Both the position numbers and the translations under genes were made by a program. Below, piece by piece: positions 1 through 13,699 of a DNA stretch of 64,000 nt (positions within the stretch are counted from its first letter, which is position 1; every line of letters starts with the position of its first letter). The stretch is taken from assembly GCF_004010195.1 (NCBI RefSeq), contig NC_057719.1, forward strand, positions 26,415,426 to 26,479,425, given 5' to 3'. Origin of the DNA: Chiloscyllium plagiosum. Lineage: Eukaryota. The notes beneath the pieces were generated by a model. The model did not search any database. It had not been told where the DNA came from and worked only from the letters and a program-made list of their open reading frames with translations.

Positions 1-905
1 GTTCAAGGGCAGAGGTATGGGAATTGGAGATGATGTGCTAGAAGGCATTGCTGATCACATGGGAGGGGAAATTGTGGTCCTTGAAATAGGAAGCCATCTG
101 GGATGTCCAGGAATGGACTTGTTCTAGCTTGGAGCAGATGCAGTGGAGGTGGAGGAGTTGGGAGTAAGGGATCACATTTTTACAGGAGGGGGAGTGGGTG
201 GAGGTCAAGGTAGCTGTGGGATGTCCGTGTTGAGTTGTTCTTCGGAGATCGAGACTGAGAAGTCCAGAAAGAGGACAGAGGTATCCAAGATGGTCAGTGT
301 AAACTTTAGGTCATGGTAGATGGTGTTAGTGAGGTTGTTCAACCTTCTTACGGGAGCACAAGGTGGTGCTGATACAGTCATCAATGTAGTAGATGAAAAG
401 TGGATTACCTACAGTGTGGAAACAGGCCCTTTGGCCCAACAAGTTCACACCGACCCTCTGAAGAGTAACCCACCCAGACCTAACACTATGGGCAATTCAG
501 CAAGGCCAATTCACCTGACCTGCACATCTTCGGACTGTGGGAGGAAACTGGAGCGCCCAGAGGAAACCCACGCAGACACTGGGAGATTATGTAAACTCCA
601 CACACACAGTCACCCAAAGCTGGAATCGCACCTGAGGCCCTGGTGCTGTGAGGCAGCAGTGCTAACCACTGAGCCACCATGCCACCCTGGATGATGGCCT
701 GTTTCACATATCCTATGAAGAGGCAGGCATAGCTGGGACCCATGCAGGTGGCCATGGCTACCCCTTTGGTTTGAAGAAAGTGGGAGGATTCAAAGAAGTT
801 GTTGAGAGTGAGGACCAATTCTGCCAATTGAATGAGTATGTCAGTAGAGGAGTACTGGTTGGGTTGATGGGACATCCAGTCTCTGTGCACGTCGATCCGG
901 CCTGG
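1..905 (-). mobile_element. Penelope-like element reverse transcriptase fragment, interrupted by a SINE
   Basis: Minus-strand translation includes LAELVLTLNNF..FLQTKGVAMATCMGPSYACLFIGY (ORF 486-1025) and LFIYYIDDCI at ~370-400 (YxDD motif). Confidence 0.8.
403..687 (-). mobile_element. tRNA-derived V-SINE (HE1-like)
   Basis: Reverse complement of the GGTGGC...GGCTCAGTGGTTAGCACTGCTGCCTCACAGC head, the V-domain (GTGTCTGCGTGGGTTTCCTC..) and the tail GGGCCTGTTTCCACACTGTAG. Confidence 0.85.
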
Positions 906-949
906 TGAAGGCCTCCAAGCCCTCTGTTTCTTCCTCTCCCACCGACCCA

Positions 950-1640
950 ACCAGTACCCCTCCATCTCTTCCTGTACCTCAGACCATTGCATCCAGTCAA
1001 CATCCTTGTAAAATTTCTTCTGCACTCTTTCCAGTTTAATAACATCCTTCCTATAACAAGGTGATCAATGCTGAGCACAATACTCCAAGTGCAGCCTCAC
1101 CGATGTCCTGTATAACTGCAACATAACTTTGCAACTTCTATACTCAATGTCTTGACTGATGAAGGGCAGTGTGCAAAAAGCCTTCTTCACTGCCCTGTCT
1201 ACCTGTGACTCCACTTTCAGCGAACTGTGAACCTGAGTGCCAAGATTCCTCTGGTCCACTACGCTCTTTAAGGCCCTACCATTCACCATGAAACTCCTAC
1301 CTTGATTTGACTTTCCAAAATGTAAGACCTCACACTTATCTATATTAAACACCATTTTCCATTTCTTGGCCCACTTCCCTGACTGATCAAGGTCCTGCTG
1401 CAATTTCTGATAACCTTCCTCTAAACAATACTACCCATTTTTGTGTCATCAGCAAACTTACTGATCATGCCTTGTACATTCTCAACCAAATCATTGATAT
1501 AGAATACAAACAGTAATGGGCCCAGCACCAACCCCTGAGGCACTCCACTGGTCATAAGCCTCCAGTCCGACAAGCATCCTTCCACTATTCCACACATCCT
1601 TCCTACCATCATGCCAATTTTGTATCCAATTTGCTTTGGT
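950..1640 (-). mobile_element. CR1 LINE ORF2 (RT) fragment
   Basis: ORFs 1065-1403 and 1421-1612 contain TSGVPQG, ISKFADDTK and KCEVLHFG. Confidence 0.9.
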
Positions 1641-3974
1641 TTTGTTTTTGAAAGAAACTAGTTTCCTTGGGCTTTTTTTTGGCCAGTCACAAACTGCATT
1701 TTTTCTCAGTTCTGCTTTAGAATTACAGAACTGACACATTAAAGCAGTTTCTTTCCACACAGATGCTGCCTGACCTGCAAAACAATTTCTACTTGTGTGT
1801 ATCTATCTCCTGGCTATCAACCTTTTGTGGCTACTTGAAATTTTCATGGTTCCTTGATGGTCAAGAATCTCTCTACTTTCGCCTTAAACATATTCAATGA
1901 CCATACTGCCACCACTCTTGGATGAAGAAAATTCCACAGATTCTCAAGAACCTCTGAGATAAAAAATTTCATCTCAGTTTTAAATGGAAGACCCCTTGTT
2001 TTAAAATTGTCCATCTTAGTCCTGTAGAGTAAACATGCTTTCAGCACATCAAGCCCTCTCAGGATCTTGTTTGTTTCAGCACCTCTATGCAACATCCTCA
2101 TCTTTACTCCTGCAAGGAAATGGCTTCTGCACTTTCTCCAAGGCCTTGATTTCCTTCCTATAATGTCGCCTAAAGACACAAATACTCTGCCCAAGACCAG
2201 TATTTGACAAAGATTTAACATAGCTTCTATGCTTTTGTATACTCTGAGTGAAGATTCCTGCATACGTATTTAACTATGTACTTTATTGCCATCTTCAAAG
2301 ATTTACGTATACATTTGCAGACCTCTCTGATCCTGTAAACCCTTTAAGTGGTTACATTTAGCTCATTGTCACCTCTCATCATTTTTCCATTAAAAACTAT
2401 CACTTTTCATTTTCTGCATTAAATGTAAAATGCCAAGTGTCTGTCAGTGTTATCAGGATGGCTTCCTGAAATTTGCTACCATGTACCTCAATATTTACTA
2501 CATCTTGGAATTTTGTATCTTATGCAAACTCAAAAGTGTATACCTTCCATATCCAAGCCAAGATCATAAATATATATCAGAAGAAGCAGTGTTCTTAATA
2601 TTAACAAGTGCCTTCAGTCTGAAGAACAACCATTGACTACTAATCTACTTTATGTCCTGCAACAATTCGGTACCTGTGATACTTACCTTTTAGTCCCAAG
2701 GGCTTGAATTTTGCTAACTAATCTATTATCTGGTACATTTCAAAATGTGGTTTGAAAATCCATAGAGTCTTTGAAACTTACTTCTTCAATGGTGTTGATC
2801 AAGTTTGTCAAACAGAATTCTATCTTTAACAAACCTAAGAGTTTCCTTTACTGATCCAAATAGCAATTAATTTTGTCCAAGATTATTGTCTCTAAATGTT
2901 TTTCATGTTATGCTGTTTAGCGTGTAATATCATATATACCCCTCTATTCGTTTTCTTTACACCTGTGTCACATATTCAGTTCTTCAGTCCGTTAGCACCA
3001 TGCCCATGTCCAAGGCATGGAAGATTACAGCCAGAGCTTCTCCAAATTCCACCCGTACTTCCTTAGTCGCCTGGATACAACCTATCCAAATTGGATGACC
3101 TTTACATTTTGAGAACTGTTAAATTGCCACACTTTTTGACTCTGATCTCCAGCATCTGCAGTCCTCACTCTAAGTCTGTCAGGCACTGGCTATTGCTCAT
3201 GTTGTGAAACCTCATTGTGAAGCTCCAATATTTTTCCAAACAGAGGCCAGGAAAGAATAAGAATGTGTTAGCATGAGAGCCAACGGTGTCAGCAGAACCA
3301 CTGCCCTTTTTACGCCTTGTTGATCTTGCTTCTACATGCTGCAGCAGGCTGTCAACACAGACACTGATTCATGTGCATCCTGTATGGACATGTAGTTAAG
3401 CATCATGCTGACACATTCAGGGTTACGGAGAGACTCAAACAAACAGATGTAACGCAAAACTAATAACATTTATGCAAATATAATTTATATACAGTGCAAT
3501 GTCTCTGTATTACATAATGCCATGTAAAGATTTATTCTTCCTTTGCCTCCCACTGCGTCTCTGCATTTTCCCAGGTTCTGCAGCTGGAGTGGACTGTGTT
3601 TGCTCAGGACTGGAGCCTGTTGGCCTTGGATGTTTGATTGGGAAACACTGGGGGATGTGCCTGGATGGCCTAGCCATGCGAAGGGTCTTCTTGCCAGATG
3701 CAAGTGGACCCTCCTTGGCTTGAACTTCCCAAGGGTCAGCGGAGAGGGCAGTCAGGGTAGAGGTGAAGGTAGACTGTCCTGAGAGATGTCTGAGAGGTGT
3801 GTGTATGTGATTTCTCCTCCAGCAGGTTGCCTCTTGGCATCACCCTGTCTCTTTGTGAAGAAAGGGAATTGGAATGTGCAACAGGTTCCCCCCATTTACC
3901 ACCATCCCCCCAAACAACAACCACCACCTCTATTCCACACCATGCCTTCAGTCATAAAGACCAACAGACATGGT

Positions 3975-4436
3975 GATGATGTGCAGGACATTGGTTAGGC
4001 CACTTTTGGAATACCACATTCAGTCCTGGTCTACCTGCTGTAGGAAGGATGTTGTGAAACTTGAAAGGGCTCAGTAAAGATTTACAAGTTTGTTGCCAGA
4101 TTTGGAGGGTTTGAGCAATAGGAGGAGACTGAAAGGCTGGTTATTTTCCCTAGAGCGTCAGAGGTTGAGGGTTGACCTTATATAAGTTTATAAAATCATG
4201 AGGGACAGGGATAGGCTGAATAGTCAAGGTCTTTTTATTCCCAGGGTAGCACAGTCTAAAACTGGAGGGTGTGGTTTTAAGGTGAAAGGGGAAAGATTTA
4301 AAAGGGATCTAATGAGAACTTTTTCATAGAGAGTGATGCATGTATAAAAATGAGCTGCCAAAGGAAATGGTGGAGGCTGGTGCAATTGCAACATTTAAAA
4401 GGCATCTGGATGGATATATGAATAGGAAGGGTGCTG
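3975..4436 (+). mobile_element. CR1 LINE 3' fragment
   Basis: Matches the recurring CR1 3' ORF2/tail in this window (..ELPKEMVEAGAIATFKRHLDGYMNRKG). Confidence 0.85.
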
Positions 4437-5679
4437 GACCTGACTCTCCATCACAGCTCTCCAATGTGGCCATGCAGCCAGTCAGTCGTATGCTTGAGAC
4501 ATTCCTGAACCTCTGGGCTAGGAGGGCAATTGCCTCCCACATCTCTGCCTTTTGCTCATGAAGTGGGGCCTTCGAGCCAACTAGAAATTGTGGAGTTAAA
4601 ATGATTCTTGGATGTTAAGCTTACGAACAAAGCAACTTTATTGTAGACATGTGAGTCACACGGTCTGTTTCGATAAACAGTACTGCAGATACATCTCCTG
4701 AGGATATCCTGCTGGATGATTGGTGCTTGGCAGCCACTTTGATCCTGCAAGTCTGTTCTGGACAGACACTCAGTGCTGATGTTAGTTTTATGGTGAAACC
4801 AATACATTCCATCAAGGTGAGGCATCCCAGGCTCCTGAGCTGATCTTTATGTAAAAGATCTTCTGTCTTTCTGTGACAGGGGTGATTAAGTGTTGTCTGA
4901 GGTTACTGCTTGTGACAAAGGCCACCTCCATTTTTAATTAGATTACATGATATTGGTTTTCCTGTGTAATTTTTGTTGTCCAAAATTTCAGTCCTTCTTG
5001 ATATTATCAGCCCTGTTTTAGGTGGCACTGTGATTGGAACACAATTAGAATAATATAAAAACAACTTGAAATAGCTATTGTTGAAGATGTCTCCTGATTG
5101 TCTTCTCACCTGTGTAAAACAAAGGCTGCTTGACATTTGAATGAATTAGTATTAAAATTAGGTTTATTGTCACGAGTACTCAAGTGCAGGAGTACAGTGA
5201 AATGTGTATAATGTTGCCACACAAAGTGCCATCTTAGATACAAAGTATTGAAGTACAAATGTTACATACTACACTAGATTAGGTACAAATATAGAGAAAT
5301 AAATAGAAAAGTTCTACATTACAGTTCTTCATAGTATAAATTATGAAGTTAAAGAAATAAAGTTAAAAGATAAACATTACAGTCCTTCTATAGCCTGCAG
5401 TATCTCCATGCAGTGGGCTTTCTACACGGTCTCACTCTCCTTGCACTGCCAGGCTCTGTGACAGGCTGACCACACTGGGCCCCAGTCCACCTGCCACCCT
5501 CTCGAGGCCCCAGCCCGCTGGCTGCTCCGCACTGGCCCATTCCATTCTGACTCACTAAAATACCCTGTGTTGAGTTATTATTAAAATGCTCCACAATAAG
5601 TTATTCCTCTGTGTGCATTTAGGTGAAGCCCCTGATTGTCCTCTCTTGCCTGGGGTTCAGCAGATATCTATTTTCTGGC

Positions 5680-7487
5680 AGTCATAGAGACATACAGCAT
5701 GGAAACAGACCCTTCGGTCCAACTCGTCCATGCCAACCAATCTAGTCCCACCTGCCAGCTCCTGACCCATATCTCTCGAAACACTTCCTATTCATATACC
5801 CATCCAGATGCCTTTTAAATGTTGTAATTGTACCAGCTTCCATCACTTCCACGGCAGCTCGTTCCATACATGTACCACCCTCTGTGTGAAAAAGTTGCCC
5901 CTTAGGTCCCTTTTAAATTTTTCCCCTCTCATCGCAAACCTATGCCCTCTAGTTCTGGACTCCCTCACCCCAGAGAAAATACTTTGTCTATTTATCCTAA
6001 AAATACCCCTCATGATTTTATCAGCCTCTATATAGTTACACCTCAACCTCTGACACTCCAGTGAAAACAGCTCCAACCTGTTCAGCCTCTCCCTATAGCT
6101 CAAATCCTCCAACCCTGGCAACATCCTTGTAAATCTTTTCTGAACCCTTTCAAGTTTCACAACATCTTTCCGATGGGAAGGAGACCAGAATTGCACGCAA
6201 TATTCTAAAAGTAGCTTAATCAATGTCCTGTACAGCCGCAACATGACCTCCCATCTTCTATACTCAATTCTGTGACCAATAAAGGAAAGCATACCAAACA
6301 CCTTCTTCACTATCCTATCTACCTACGACTCTACTTTCAAGGAACTATGAACCTGCACTCCAAGGTCCCTTTGTTCAGCAATACTGCCCAAGACCTTACA
6401 ATTAAGTGTATAGGTCCTGCTAAGATTTGCTTCCCCAAAATGCAACACCTCGTATTTATCTAAATTAAACTCCATCTGCCACTCCTCAACCCATTGGCCC
6501 ATCTGATCAAGATCCCATTGTAATCTGAGGTAACCTTCTTCGCTGTCCACTACACCTCCCATTTTGGTGTCATCTGTAAACTTAGTAATTATACCTCCCA
6601 TGTTCACATCCAAATCATTTATATAAATGATGAAAAGTACTGGACCCAGCACTGATCCTTGTGACACTCCACTGGTCACAGGCCTCCAGTCTGAAAAGCA
6701 ACCCAGCACCACCCTCTGTTTTCTATCTTCGAGCCAGTTCTCCCTGCATTCCATGACATTTAACGATGCAAACCAGTCTCTCATGAGAAACCTTGTTGAA
6801 TGCCTTACTGAAGTTCACATAGATCACGTCCTCCATTCTGCCCTCATCAATCCTCTTCGTTACTTCTCCAAAAAACTCAATCAGGTTTGTGAGACATGAT
6901 TTTCCATGCACAAAGCCATGCTGACTATTCCTAATCAGTCCTTGCCTTTCCAAATACATGTAAATCCTGTCCTTCACAACTCCCTCCAACAACTTGCCCT
7001 CCGCTCACTGGTCTATAGTTCCCTGGCTTTTCCTTACCACCTTTCTTAAATAATGGTACCACGTTAGCCAACCTCTAGTCTTCCAGCACCTCACCCGTGA
7101 CTTTCGATGATACAACTATCTCAGCAAGGAGCTCAGCAATCACTTCACTAGCTTCTCACAGAATTCTAGGGTACATCTGATCAGATCCTGGGGATTTATT
7201 TACTTTTATACGTTTCAAAAGATCCAGCACCTCCTCCTCTGTAATGTGGACATTTTTCAAGATGTAATCATGTATTTCCCTACATTTGAATCTTCCATTT
7301 CCTTCTCTACAGTAAACACTGATGCAAAATGTTTGTTTAGTATCTCCCCCATCTCTTGCGGCCCCATATATAGGTTGCCTTGCTGATCTTTGAGGGACCC
7401 TATTCTATCTCTAGTTACCCTTTTGTCCTTAATGTATTTATAAAATCCCTTTGGATTCTCCTTGACCCTATTTGCCAAAGCTATCCC
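5680..7487 (-). mobile_element. 5'-truncated CR1 LINE (~1.8 kb, ORF2 RT region plus 3' tail)
   Basis: Consecutive frameshifted ORFs: QHGFVHGKSCLTNLIEFF, VTSGVSQGSVLGP, KFTDDTK, LEYCVQFWSP, TRGH. Confidence 0.95.
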
Positions 7488-7904
7488 CTCCAAAATGCCA
7501 GTTGCCAGAGTGCTTCTTCCTCAGTCAGCTAAGGAACTGTGGCAGTGAGGTGCTCACATGATTGTGTTCCCATATTTTCTAAACATAGCACTCACAATAA
7601 GGTGTCAGTGTCTGAGCTGGGAGGGGGTTCAGGAGGCAGCCTTGACAACGCTTCCTGAGTCCTGAAACTTCATCCGCAGAGATTGAGGAGGTAACTTCTG
7701 GTGGAGCATCTCTTTTCTCCTCTGGAGCTGTGAACATCCCGCTGGTATCTGGAAGACACCAGGAAGAGAAGTGATTGCAGCCAGTGGTTCAAAGTGATGT
7801 GCAATGAATGGGGTTACTGTGAGAGTTGCAGTGAAATAAACAGTGGTAATTAATTGATTGGATATGATGCCATCCCCATAGGACTGGTCCCTGGGCATAA
7901 ATAA

Positions 7905-8203
7905 GGTGAATTCCAGGTGTCTTTTCCCTAGGGTGGAGGATTTCAACACTATTTCTAAGATTTAAAAAAGATATAAGGGACAGCTTTTTTCTACACATAA
8001 TGGTTCATATTAACTTGCAGAGAAAATGGTGAATGTGGGTATAGTTAGAATGTTTAATAGACATTTAGATAAGTACATGAATAAGAAAGTTTTGGAGGGA
8101 TATGGGCCAAGTGCAGGCAGGTGAGACTAGTTTAGTTTGAGATTATGATCGATGTGGACTGGTTGGAGAGAAAGGTCTGTTTTTGTGCTGTATGACACTA
8201 TGA
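7905..8203 (+). mobile_element. CR1 LINE 3' tail
   Basis: Similar to the other CR1 tails (GGAGGGATATGGGCCAAGTGCAGGCAGG...GTGCTGTATGAC). Confidence 0.75.
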
Positions 8204-9782
8204 TTCTTCTCCTGCGAGAAACAAGATTCTTCTCATGGGGGGTGAGAAGCCTGATGTTGGGCCCCCTTCCACCTGCCTGGGCCCTTGTTGCCCCATTGTG
8301 GCCTTCTCCTACTGTAATGAGAGAAAGGGAGGGATTGAGTGAGATCAAAGTGGGTGGCGCAGCTGTTAGTTCAGGCGTGGTGGTCAAAAGCTGGTGAGCT
8401 GTCCCAGTCAAGTGAATAAGTGGTGGAGGGTTAGTGGTGCTGAAGACTCTGGAGAAGTGAAGGAAGATGTTATATACAGTACTAAGAGTGGCAGAACATG
8501 AGCCTTAGGTAGGACGTGGATGCAGTGGCTTGCACTGTTGTTGCTGGCTGTTCTTCTGGACCATGGAGACTACAATGATTGCAGTGTAAATCTTGGGCCA
8601 GAGTCAGGTGGTGTAAATTGGACAAAGGGACACCATAACAGTGGGATGTCTTGTTAATGAGATGCATTTGGCAAGATATGGCAAGAGATCTTGTTGGGTC
8701 TTGTGGAGAGAAAGCCTTAGTGAAGCCCAACAAAACTGACACAGGGTCAACAATAATAGATCAGCCCAACATTCACTCACATTGTTATAGTCAGACCTCT
8801 TGAATAAATTGTAATGTCATTAAACTTGGTATTAGTTTCCTTATATGCCATCAAACAATGAGGTTTGTTTTTATTGTGATGAAAGTATTCTTAGTTGGTA
8901 ACATCCTGTTTACAGGAATTAGATTAGCTGTTTCCTGTTGAGGGTGTAACAATTGCTAGGATTATTTCCTTCCCAATGACTTTTCCATCTTTAGAGTCAT
9001 GCAATGGGTTTAAATACTGACTTTGAAGACAGGGAAAGATTTGTTGTTAGTTTTCTGAATTTTAGTTAATATAACATCCATGCATGAAAGCGATAATATT
9101 TGCTATTCAACATAGTCCAGAAGGAATTCCTGAGCAGCAGAGATGCAGGTGATGCATTCTTTTTATAGAAACATAAGTTGCAGGAATTGACCATTCAGCC
9201 CATTGATGCCAATTCATCATTCAACATGATTTTTGGCGGATTATCTACCTCAGACTCATTCTCTCTATATCCTCTGATGACTTGGCTTTCATAGCCTATA
9301 ACAATAGAGAATTCCACAGGTTCACCACTTTCTGAATGAAGAAATTTGTCCTCATGTCAATCAACCACATATCCTGAAACTATGATTCCTTGTTTTGGAG
9401 TTACTGGCCGGGGGGCATCATCCTTGCATCTAGCTTGTCTAGCTGTTTAATGACCATAATACAATTAATTCATACATATGTTTAGAATCATACAGATTCT
9501 TGTTAAGTCTGCACTTTAATCTGCATTTTAATCTACTAATTCCATTTTGAGAAATCATATGCAAACAACATTAATGTGTAAAGGAGGATTATGTAAAATG
9601 AAGCGAACTGCATTTGAATAACATTAGGGGGTGAGGGAAGACTCTTTTGACCTGGTTATGGCCTTATATCAAGGGATATTAGGGATGAACAATGATTGCT
9701 GGACTTGCCAGCAGTGATCATATCTGATGAAAAAATGGAAAATAGTATTTTGACTGGGAAAAAATGGGAAGTAGATCATGAA

Positions 9783-9908
9783 TTGGAGATGCCGGTGTTG
9801 GGCTGTGGTGTACAAAGTTAAAAATCACACAACACCAGGTTATAGTCCAACAGGTTTATTTGGAAGCACTAGCTTTTGGAGTGCTGCTCCTTCATCAGAT
9901 GGTTGTGG
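9783..9908 (-). mobile_element. Short Penelope-derived element with a decayed hammerhead
   Basis: Very similar to 15074-15198. The minus strand reads CTGATGA A GGAGC agc ACTCC AAAA GC TA, with G12 lost (consistent with CpG decay). Confidence 0.75.
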
Positions 9909-12900
9909 ATCATAGTTGTGTGCATTTTACTGACAGAATGCTGTATTCCTTAGAACCGTTTGAATTGCTATATATTGAAATTGATGTTGTTTTCATTATA
10001 GAATAACATGAATCTCAATCTAAGCCACAAATCTTCTCAGAACTCATCATTATATAATAACATTTGTTAAGAAATTTACAAGTTTGACTGTATGGATCAG
10101 GAAAAAAACATGTTACAGTCTGCCTTTTTTTCCAATGTACCCTAAACTTCTGAACCTTTAGCAGATGAACTATAGAAAATAGAAATAGTAGACCATTCAG
10201 CCCCTCAAGCTTGTGCAAGTGGTAATTTGTCCATTGTTCAAATTCAGGCCTTCTGAATAATACTGTTGTTTCAATAGGCTGATGGTTATTAGTAATGGAG
10301 CCAGAAATCAGGGTTCAGTTCTAACACACCAGGTATTAAAATTGAATTGAATGTCAAATAGTCAGTGAGTCATTATCTGCCAGAATTGACCATTTAAATT
10401 GCCCGACCATCATCAAAATCCAATGAGTTTACTGATGATCTTTGGGGCAGAGGGTCTAATTGAACTAGAACGTTAGTGTCATTTCTCCTAATCACTGAGT
10501 ATTTTAAACATTTTTGTCTTTATTCCATATTTTCAGCAGCTGCAGTATTTTCCTTTTGTATAAAAAAATTTATATAAAAAACTAGAACTTGCCTGTTTTT
10601 TTAAAACCTTGGTGATAAAACTATAGAATCACTTTAAACTACCATAATGTCTGATTACGTTTCTTCATTTTTCAAATTTATAGCATTTTATAAACAGTTT
10701 GTATTTTAATTTCTCTGTACAAGTTTCCTACAGAAATAAATATTATATTTTAAATTCAGCTTCTTTTGCATTAAAAAAAGTTAGAAGAAACCAGAATTCC
10801 TTACTATCTTGTTTCACTTTGCCAAGGAGGCAGATGACATAAATCATGATTAATTGCAATGTGCTTTACACAACAGAAAAGATGTTTTGGTCTCCAAAAC
10901 ATTTGAAACATATCAAAAAGGATACTAACGTTGCAGCTTTGGAGTTGAACATATGTGTTTATTTGACACGACAGACTGAGCTACTGAATGAGTCATTTTC
11001 TGTGCAGTCATGGGGTGAGATGACATAGTGAGCTGATAAGCACTTCTGGCATGTGGACATGCTTTCACTAGTTAATTCTGCAATTCAATCTTTTAGAGAT
11101 AACTAGTTGTCTGAAATTCAACTGTCTGGGGTAAAGAGACACTTCATAGTCTAGCTTTCGAATTAGGGAACAGAAAATGGAGAATTCCATATTCTAAAAA
11201 TTGACAACACATAAAGGGTCAGGTCAACCATTTATTTCAAGCAGTCATCTGGCCAAAGAAATATTGAGTAAAGGTGGGAGTGTTTGGAAACAATTCATCA
11301 CATCAACATCATCTTTTAAAATAAGATTTGTGATATCTTAGTAAATTCCAATATTTTACTTATCCTAAATCTTTGTATAATGTTTAATTTAGATAGCTAA
11401 TATATTATTTAACACAAATACAGTTTATGAGTTCAGTAACTTAACACTTAGTTGTAATTGACATCTGCTTGTGATTATGGTTTTGCAATTGTAGAAAACA
11501 CTGAAGGTTTTGTCTCTGTGAGGCTTAATGTTTACAATATTCCATTTTGTTGTTTCTTCTCTTTCCATGTTCAGAGATGCCAATGGAAACTTTGTTCTCA
11601 TCATCCATGGTAATCAAATCCAATGGTTTACTGCAAGTTGTTAACAACAAACATTTTAAATATTTTATTAACACTTAAATATTTAGTGCTGAGCTTACAA
11701 CCCTGCAAAATACCAACAAATCACACACTCCAAAATGACCTTGGTAAATTATACAACTAAAATGATATTTAAAAATCATTGATGCCTTTTTCATGGTCCA
11801 AGTATTATATTGCATTGCTGAATCTTCTGTTTATGTCAATGAAATAATCAATGTTCTCGTTCCTTTTCCACTTCAGTCAGACCCTGCAACTACACATTGT
11901 TCAATCATATTTGTTTGGACTCAAATTTTTTTTCATCTCGCCATTCCACTGGTAATTTTGCTGTCTACTATCCAACTTCAGAGTTTTAATCTTGAACATA
12001 TCCAAGAATTGTGCACAATTTGCCTTAGTCACTTGGAAAGTTTGAGGGTTTCAGTTGGTAGGATTGAGATACTACAAATTGTTCTTCATAATTCACCTCA
12101 ATTTATTGGTTTGGTTAAGGGACAAACCAATAAATTATTTTTACTTTAAATGTAATGACAAGGGATCTTAGAAAAATACGTTTCATCACTGAAGATATGA
12201 ATTTTTAAAACAAACCTTTGTTCAATTGTCTCTTTTGTGATTTTCCTGTCCACTTAAAAAAATTACTATGAGCATCTGATATTAGGAACTTTCTTCTTTA
12301 ATCTCATAAGGAGGAATGTTAATTGACTTGAAAAGGAATACTACAAATTTACATTAGTCTTAATTCAACATTAATATTTCCTTAAAAGGTGCCTGAAAAC
12401 TATTCTGAGCCCAGGCAACTTTTTCTCCCATCTGCATATATGTGCTTGTCTGTCTCTGTCCCCAAACGAGTTACCAAGAAAGATGAGTACCGCTATTAAC
12501 GAACATGGAGCAGAGTGGGAAAGGGACCAAATGCATTAAGGATACGAAGGGTGTCAGTTTGTAGTGTTTGGATGACTACCATGAGACTAGACTGAATGAC
12601 TAGCTCTCTAAAAATCACTTTTCATTAGTTCAGATAGGTCACTGCAACCGGAAACATCAACTATTTCTCTTCACATGTGCTGACTAGTTGAGTTTTTCAA
12701 CCATTTTGTTTTTATTTCAGATGTTTGGCACCCACAATTATTTTCTTTCTGCTGGTATGAAAATGTTTAAGGAAGAAAAATACCTGTTTGAATTATGTGG
12801 GCATGAGAGAAAGACTGCTGGCATGAACATGGATATTTGTAGGTGAACATACCCCATGAAATGGTGAGAAGTTGGTTGGGTATGTGTCTTTGTGAATTGA

Positions 12901-13339
12901 AGGGGAGTGTGATAATTAAGTAATTGTTTTAGGAAGTGATTGGTCAGCTTGTAAAAAATTCAGGTGTCACTGTTTTGTCATCTTCTAGATTAAAACTCAA
13001 TCACTGCGAAATGTAAAATTGTCTCTGTTTCAACTCAATAAAATTGGTGACAGCTATTCTCTGGTTCATTTTTCAACATATTGCCCTGACAAATCAGGGT
13101 CAACTTTCTTAGTGTAAAATTTAAACAAATACTGGCAGTTAACTGTTAACCAGCAGTAATGGGTTCATTCCTCATGGCAATGTACCAGTCAACTTGACAA
13201 CCAGTCAGTGCTCTCATCACATGCAATGTCAATTTAGTTTTGGCCATGAATTTGTATTTTTGTAAAATGCCCTGATGAATGCAAGTCAAAAAGCTTCAAC
13301 AAAAGGTGTCTTTTTTCAGCAATGCCTTAATTTAAATTA

Positions 13340-13560
13340 GGAGAAAGTGAAGACTGCAGATGCTGGAGATCAGAGTCAGATTCAAAAAGTGCAGTGCTGG
13401 AAAAGCATAGTCAGGCAGCATCCAAGGAGCAGGAGAGTCAACATTTTGAGCATAAGCTCTTCATCAAAACTTTCTTGATGAATCATTGTCTTTCCAATTA
13501 GAGACAACATGTTCCTTAGATGCTGTCTGACTAGCTGTGCTTTTCCAGCACCACACTTTT
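13340..13560 (-). mobile_element. Short Penelope-derived pLTR-type repeat with an inverted partial copy
   Basis: 13340-13470 is the reverse complement of the family at 31820-31948. 13510-13560 is an inverted partial copy. Confidence 0.7.
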
Positions 13561-13699
13561 TAACCCTAATTTAAATTGTTCAATATTAATCAAAATACAT
13601 AAACTCAAGCTGAAAAAATTTCAACATTTATCAGCAGAGATATTCTGCTGGAATGCTCCAGCAATTTTCTGCCCAATAAAGTTTTCCTTATACGTACCG

